Assembly: GCA_963718895.1 (NCBI GenBank)
Contig: CAVRAG010000007.1
Span: forward strand, 192,001-256,000
Direction: 5' to 3'
Length of the DNA stretch: 64,000 nucleotides
Origin: an uncultured Nitrososphaerota archaeon
GTDB lineage: Archaea > Thermoproteota > Nitrososphaeria > Nitrososphaerales > Gagatemarchaeaceae
Shown here one piece after another: positions 60,006-64,000 of the stretch. The stretch's first letter is position 1. The number at the start of each line of letters is the position of its first letter. The notes below the pieces were generated by a model. That model was not told the DNA's origin. It saw only the letters and a list, made by a program, of their open reading frames with translations, and made no database searches. The position numbers were made by a program, and so were the translations under genes.

Positions 60006-60650
60006 CTAGGATGTCTCTGCGGAACCTTCCACAGAGGGGAGTCCGGAGGGGATCTCCGGGAACTTCTCCTTCATTCTCTGCTCTGCCACTGCTGCAGCCT
60101 CTGCCAGGACCTTCTCTGCGTCCTCGTTGGCAGCCTCGAAGTTCAGGTTGTATCCGCCCACCGTGCCGGCATCCACCAGGATGCTGCTGAGTAGGCCCGA
60201 TATCTCACCGATCTCTCCTTCGGCCTCTGGAAGTACGCTGACGAGTCCCTGCCGTACGCTGCGGATCACGGACATTGCAGGAGTGAGGGTGACGACTATG
60301 TCGCCGAGTTCTGTGATGGTGTTGAGACGGAGCGTGATCTGTTCGAGAGCCAGTTTGGCCTGCGTGACCATCCTGTTCATCTTCCTTACCTCCGCGAGCT
60401 CATTCGCGTAGACTGAAGCATGCTGTGAGTCGTGCTTCTGGATGGATGAAACGACCTTGTTGAAGATCGAAGCGTCCCTCTCTCTCAGTTTCGCTGTGGT
60501 CGCGTCGAGCTTTGCGACCTGCACCTGGATCTGGCGGATTGCTAGGTCCAACCTTGGCTTAAGAGGACCTGGATTCTTGACGGACTCACGCATTCTCGTC
60601 GTGAATCCGGTGTTGTTTGACTTCTCCCACTTGCTGCTGAAAGTGCTCAT
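60006..60650 (-). CDS. ESCRT-III (Snf7) paralogue, CdvB1/B2 type
   Basis: F..KW, PLKPRL..A, YANELAEVRK, LEQI.LRL.T..ELGD, EA.AVAE...KEKFPEIP; no wH tail. Confidence 0.88.
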   Translation of the reverse strand: MSTFSSKWEKSNNTGFTTRMRESVKNPGPLKPRLDLAIRQIQVQVAKLDATTAKLRERDASIFNKVVSSIQKHDSQHASVYANELAEVRKMNRMVTQAKLALEQITLRLNTITELGDIVVTLTPAMSVIRSVRQGLVSVLPEAEGEIGEISGLLSSILVDAGTVGGYNLNFEAANEDAEKVLAEAAAVAEQRMKEKFPEIPSGLPSVEGSAETS

Positions 60651-60890
60651 GTTGCCTCGGGTTGGTCGAGGCGAGGATAAATCGGCGGCGTGACCGGAGC
60701 CGTTGTCTCCGCGGTGACAGGGTGCGCGGTGACATGTGGTGTCCGGGTTGGCGGGCGTGCGGGCACCCGCGGGCACGACGTCGAGCCCTTCTAGCTGATC
60801 TTGACGTGTTTGTTGATTCCTGATGACCAGACAGCTTATCGAAACTTGTTACCACGAGGTGAGAGGTCTCGGTGACAATGGCAATGGAGC

Positions 60891-62102
60891 GTGTCTTTGG
60901 TGCTTTCCGCTAACGAAGTCGGTGAAATCTCTTCGGGTCTGCAGGGGTTCGGGCTGACGGAGTACGAGTCGAAGGTCTATGTGGCCCTCCTCTCGGGCGG
61001 CCCGAGCACTGTCAACCAGCTCCAGTACGTCTCGATGGTCCCCAGGACCAAGGTCTACCAGGTAGCCCTGCAGCTGGTGAAGAAACAGGTGGTCAAGGAG
61101 CTCGACGGCAAGCCGGTCAGGTTCGAGGCGCTGCCGCCGGACGTCTTTCAGGGTGTCCTGGTCGACCGCGAGAGGAACGTGAGGTCGCTGAAGAGGGCGA
61201 TGGGATCCCTCAAGAAGCTCAGGGAGAAGAACATCATGCCCCAGGACTCGGTCGAGGAGAGGTACCTCTCCCTCGGGTCCCAGAGCACCCTCATGAAGTT
61301 GAAGGAGGCCATCCTGAAGGCCCAGGGCAACATCAAGTGCGCCGTCGACGGTTGGGGGTTGCATCTCATCCAGGAGTGCTCGGAGGAGATCGAGACGGTC
61401 TGCAGGCAGGATGTCGAGGTGAGAGTCGTCGCCTCGGTGCCGGCCCTGCTACCGACGTTCCCCTTCGCGTCCTCCAAGCTCAAGATCAGGTACGGGAAAC
61501 ACATGTCGGGGAGGAGCGCGTTCATGATCGACAACGGCGAGGTGCTCCTGGTCAATAGCCAGACGGGGCGAGGGTTCCAGTTCATGCTCCCCGAACTGAG
61601 GGGCGCGTTCAGCGAGGACCTCTTCGAGGAGTTCTGGAAGGCGTCTACCGGGAGCAAGACCCTCGCATCGGTCTCGAACGCCGACAACCTCCCCTTCCTC
61701 ATAGACGGACAGAGGATAAGCAGGGTGTTCGTCGAGGCGGTCACCAGGGTCGTGAGGGACGAGTCGCAGATGGAGGACATCGGACATGAGTTCCTCAACA
61801 TCCTCGAGGAGAGGGGGGCGCCCAAGTTCAAGGACGAGTCCTTCGAGAACGCGGTCAAGCTGATCCTGGCGCTGATGCAGGAGGAGCTGGGAGAGGAGGC
61901 GACCGCCGAGTACGACTCCCTCACCAGGATATTCAGGCTGGAGCTCCCGAGCTACCAGGAGGGGACGCCCATCTCGGCCTGGTACTTCGCCCTCTCCGGG
62001 CTGCTCAAGGACTCAGGGATAAGGAACGAGCTGCTGCACGACGCGCCCTTCCCGGAGGCAAGGAACAGGATAATCCAGCGCAGGTTCGCGGCCACGAACT
62101 AG
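60891..62102 (+). CDS. TrmB-family transcriptional regulator with extra C-terminal domain
   Basis: FGLTEYESKVYVALL, S.VPRTKVY..L.KK.VV....P..F.A.PP; middle PLD-like effector domain (..ID..EVL); additional domain of about 140 aa. Confidence 0.85.
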   Translation: MSLVLSANEVGEISSGLQGFGLTEYESKVYVALLSGGPSTVNQLQYVSMVPRTKVYQVALQLVKKQVVKELDGKPVRFEALPPDVFQGVLVDRERNVRSLKRAMGSLKKLREKNIMPQDSVEERYLSLGSQSTLMKLKEAILKAQGNIKCAVDGWGLHLIQECSEEIETVCRQDVEVRVVASVPALLPTFPFASSKLKIRYGKHMSGRSAFMIDNGEVLLVNSQTGRGFQFMLPELRGAFSEDLFEEFWKASTGSKTLASVSNADNLPFLIDGQRISRVFVEAVTRVVRDESQMEDIGHEFLNILEERGAPKFKDESFENAVKLILALMQEELGEEATAEYDSLTRIFRLELPSYQEGTPISAWYFALSGLLKDSGIRNELLHDAPFPEARNRIIQRRFAATN

Positions 62103-62299
62103 TCGACGGCGCTCCAGACGAGCACCGCCATGAGCATCAGGAAACCGCCCGCTATCCCGGCGAGGATCGCACCGCCGATGTCCTGGTTCACGCCTATGCT
62201 GGCCACGAGCCTCGCCACGGGGGCTCGGAGGAGCCACGCGAGGAACCCGAGGACGAATCCGAAGAGCGAGAACCCCATGAGGGTCGTCTTCCTTCCCAT
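62099..62299 (-). CDS. Small 2-TM membrane protein
   Basis: MGRKTTLMGFSLFGFVLGFLAW...GAILAGIAGGFLMLMAVLVWSAVD; TATA TTATATA near 62331-62338. Confidence 0.65.
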   Translation of the reverse strand: MGRKTTLMGFSLFGFVLGFLAWLLRAPVARLVASIGVNQDIGGAILAGIAGGFLMLMAVLVWSAVD

Positions 62300-62362
62300 G
62301 TCCGCCTTCCGACGGAGCCCCGATGTTCGGTATATAAGCGCTGTCGGGCCAGACGGGACGGG

Positions 62363-63061
62363 ATGGGCTGGAAAGGAGAGCTCGCGTTCATCTCGGACAT
62401 ACACTCGAACCTCGAGGCGCTGGAGGCCGTGCTCGAGGATACCGGCGGAAAGGTGACCTACTGTCTGGGGGACATCGTCGGGTACGGCGCTTCACCGAAC
62501 GAGGTCGTGGCGCTTCTGAAGAAGCGCGAGGTCACCTGCATCCTCGGAAACCACGACTTCGCTGTGCTAAGTGGCAGGGTGAACGAGTTCAACGCGCGCG
62601 CGATGCAGGCAGTCACTTGGACTATCAGGAGCCTGAGCGAGGAGAGCCGGCGGTTCCTGGCGGGCCTCCCGCTGAGCCGCACGATCCCATTTGAGGGCGA
62701 GAAGGTCTACATGACCCACGGCAGCCCAGACGACAACCTCTGGGAGTACGTCTTCCCCGCGACCCACTCGGACATCCTGGGCTTCTACCTGCAGAGGCTC
62801 GGCGTGAGCGTGATCGCGCTGGGGCACACCCACGTCCCCTTCGTCTGGACGGACAGGGAAGGGACCGTCTTCAACCCCGGCTCTGTCGGGCAGCCACGCG
62901 CGGGGGACAGGCGCGCCTCTTACGCGCTCCTGAAGATCAACGAGGTCGGGATCGCGGTCGAGCACCGGACCGTCGAGTATGACATCGAGAGATCGGCGCG
63001 CAAGATTGTCGAGGCCGGCCTCCCGGGGTCCCTGGCCCGCCGCCTCTTCACAGGAGACTAG
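62363..63061 (+). CDS. Metallophosphoesterase (calcineurin-like)
   Basis: SDIHSN, GDIVGYG, GNHD, HGSP, GHTH, NPGSVGQPR. Confidence 0.92.
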   Translation: MGWKGELAFISDIHSNLEALEAVLEDTGGKVTYCLGDIVGYGASPNEVVALLKKREVTCILGNHDFAVLSGRVNEFNARAMQAVTWTIRSLSEESRRFLAGLPLSRTIPFEGEKVYMTHGSPDDNLWEYVFPATHSDILGFYLQRLGVSVIALGHTHVPFVWTDREGTVFNPGSVGQPRAGDRRASYALLKINEVGIAVEHRTVEYDIERSARKIVEAGLPGSLARRLFTGD

Positions 63062-63063
63062 GC

Positions 63064-64000
63064 TCAGGAGACGTCGATGTAGATCGGTCTGCCGTCAAGC
63101 TCGTCCTCCTCCCACTCTCCGTCTTCGGTCTTCTCGGCGAGGATGCGGACGCCCTTCACCCGGACGAGGAAGCTCAGCTCCCCCGCGAGGGGCCTCAATA
63201 GCGAGGTCATCTCCTCGTCGAGACCCGCGACCATCGCCTTCTCGAGCACCGCCGTCGGCGAGTAGCCCCTGGCCTTCCTGAGCGCCTGCAGCCTGCGGGC
63301 GATGTCCCGTAGAAGGCCCTCCGCGATCAAGGCGTCATCGCGGACCTTTTCCAGGGCGATCATTATCCCGTCCCGGGCTACGGCCTCCCACTCTCCCGTC
63401 CCCTGGAAGCTGAAAATCAGGGTCGAGATCGGGACCTCGACGACCCCCGACTCGGTCTGGACGTGCAGCGGCTCGCCGGCCTGGAAGGCTCGCCAGGCAT
63501 CGTCGCCCTCCAGCCCCCTGAAGCTCTTGAGGACGGCCTGAGTCTTCTCCTTGAAGTGGGCGCCGATCTGCGACCGGTTCGGCGATAGCGAGACGGAGAT
63601 CGGCAGGGAGGAGACGCTCTTGGTCACCGAGACCTTCTTGACGTTGCAGAGGAGGGAGACGAGGTCCTTCGCCTTCTCCATCTGGGGGAGCTTCGCCTCG
63701 GTCACCAGGACCTGGATCTCCCTTAGGGGCCACCTCCTCTTGAGCTTGGCCTTCTGTCTCGCGGAGTTGCATGCGCCCTCGACCTCGAGGGCGAGCTCCA
63801 CGACCTCCTTGTCGTCGCGGGCGGTCGGAGGCATCGAGACGACGGGGAAGTCCTGGACCAGAAGCGGCCGCTCCCAGGCGCCCTGGAGGAAGGCCTCCTG
63901 GTAGAGATACTCGGTGAGGTACGGGGAGACGGGGTGAAGAAGGAGGTCGAGCGTCTTCAGCGCGAACGCTATCACGGCGTAGATCGCAAGGCGACGGTCG
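63064..64000 (-). CDS. ileS: Isoleucyl-tRNA synthetase, C-terminal part (partial)
   Basis: Anticodon-binding LLHPVSPYLTEYLY, AR.KAKLK.RWPL, NVKKV, EGLLRDIARRLQALRK; pattern of the archaeal/eukaryote-type IleRS C-terminus. Confidence 0.85.
   Translation of the reverse strand, partial: DRRLAIYAVIAFALKTLDLLLHPVSPYLTEYLYQEAFLQGAWERPLLVQDFPVVSMPPTARDDKEVVELALEVEGACNSARQKAKLKRRWPLREIQVLVTEAKLPQMEKAKDLVSLLCNVKKVSVTKSVSSLPISVSLSPNRSQIGAHFKEKTQAVLKSFRGLEGDDAWRAFQAGEPLHVQTESGVVEVPISTLIFSFQGTGEWEAVARDGIMIALEKVRDDALIAEGLLRDIARRLQALRKARGYSPTAVLEKAMVAGLDEEMTSLLRPLAGELSFLVRVKGVRILAEKTEDGEWEEDELDGRPIYIDVS

Noticed and set aside
62363-63061. Vps29/retromer homologue next to ESCRT genes
   Set aside because: The GDIVGYG and NPGSVGQPR motifs fit the widespread prokaryotic metallophosphoesterase family with a full catalytic set; nothing is specific to Vps29.
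1-64000. Many long antisense or alternate-frame ORFs; CRISPR arrays, IS elements, rRNA
   Set aside because: Shadow ORFs are expected at high GC and overlap well-supported genes. No repeat-spacer array, transposase or rRNA-like sequence was seen.

Overview
GC-rich archaeal chromosome segment. The lineage inference is TACK, most likely a non-ammonia-oxidising Nitrososphaerota, based on the Cdv/ESCRT-III genes, Alba, the zinc-type NusA paralogue, Rpl40e, a BHB-intron tRNA, leaderless TATA promoters and Kdp. Many core genes are broken by single-base indels, densest at about 11.6-31 kb, which looks like long-read consensus error rather than gene decay. Gene content in order: (1) a candidate amino-acid catabolic cluster (M24 hydrolase, CoA-acylating (methyl)malonate-semialdehyde dehydrogenase, ThrC-like PLP enzyme, class V aminotransferase); (2) a Dpp/Opp ABC importer and acetyl-CoA synthetase; (3) an ABC exporter; (4) a purine super-cluster (purB, M, C, E, 5-FCL, folD, N, F, L, Q, S, H, D); (5) malate synthase; (6) a second ABC exporter with a GH-like protein; (7) kdpABC with a stand-alone Lrp ligand-binding domain; (8) an envelope redox/metal cluster (VKOR, DUF929, wHTH, CuA-like cupredoxin, ZIP-like transporter, CtaG-cupredoxin fusion, divergent NikR); (9) a long-type pyruvate kinase; (10) tRNA-Val(CAC) with two non-canonical introns; (11) uppP, rpl40e, tandem cyclophilins, a beta-propeller, phoU, sucCD, alba, nusA-like and aspS; (12) a cdvB-paralogue/cdvB/cdvC locus without cdvA, divergent from a TrmB-family regulator; (13) a metallophosphoesterase and the 3' end of ileS. 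The best candidates for undescribed systems are the NikR-linked metal cluster with the DUF929-VKOR disulfide pair, and the TrmB/GTGACA-motif cdv locus. No CRISPR array, IS or integrase was seen. All calls come from reading motifs by eye; no database search was run.
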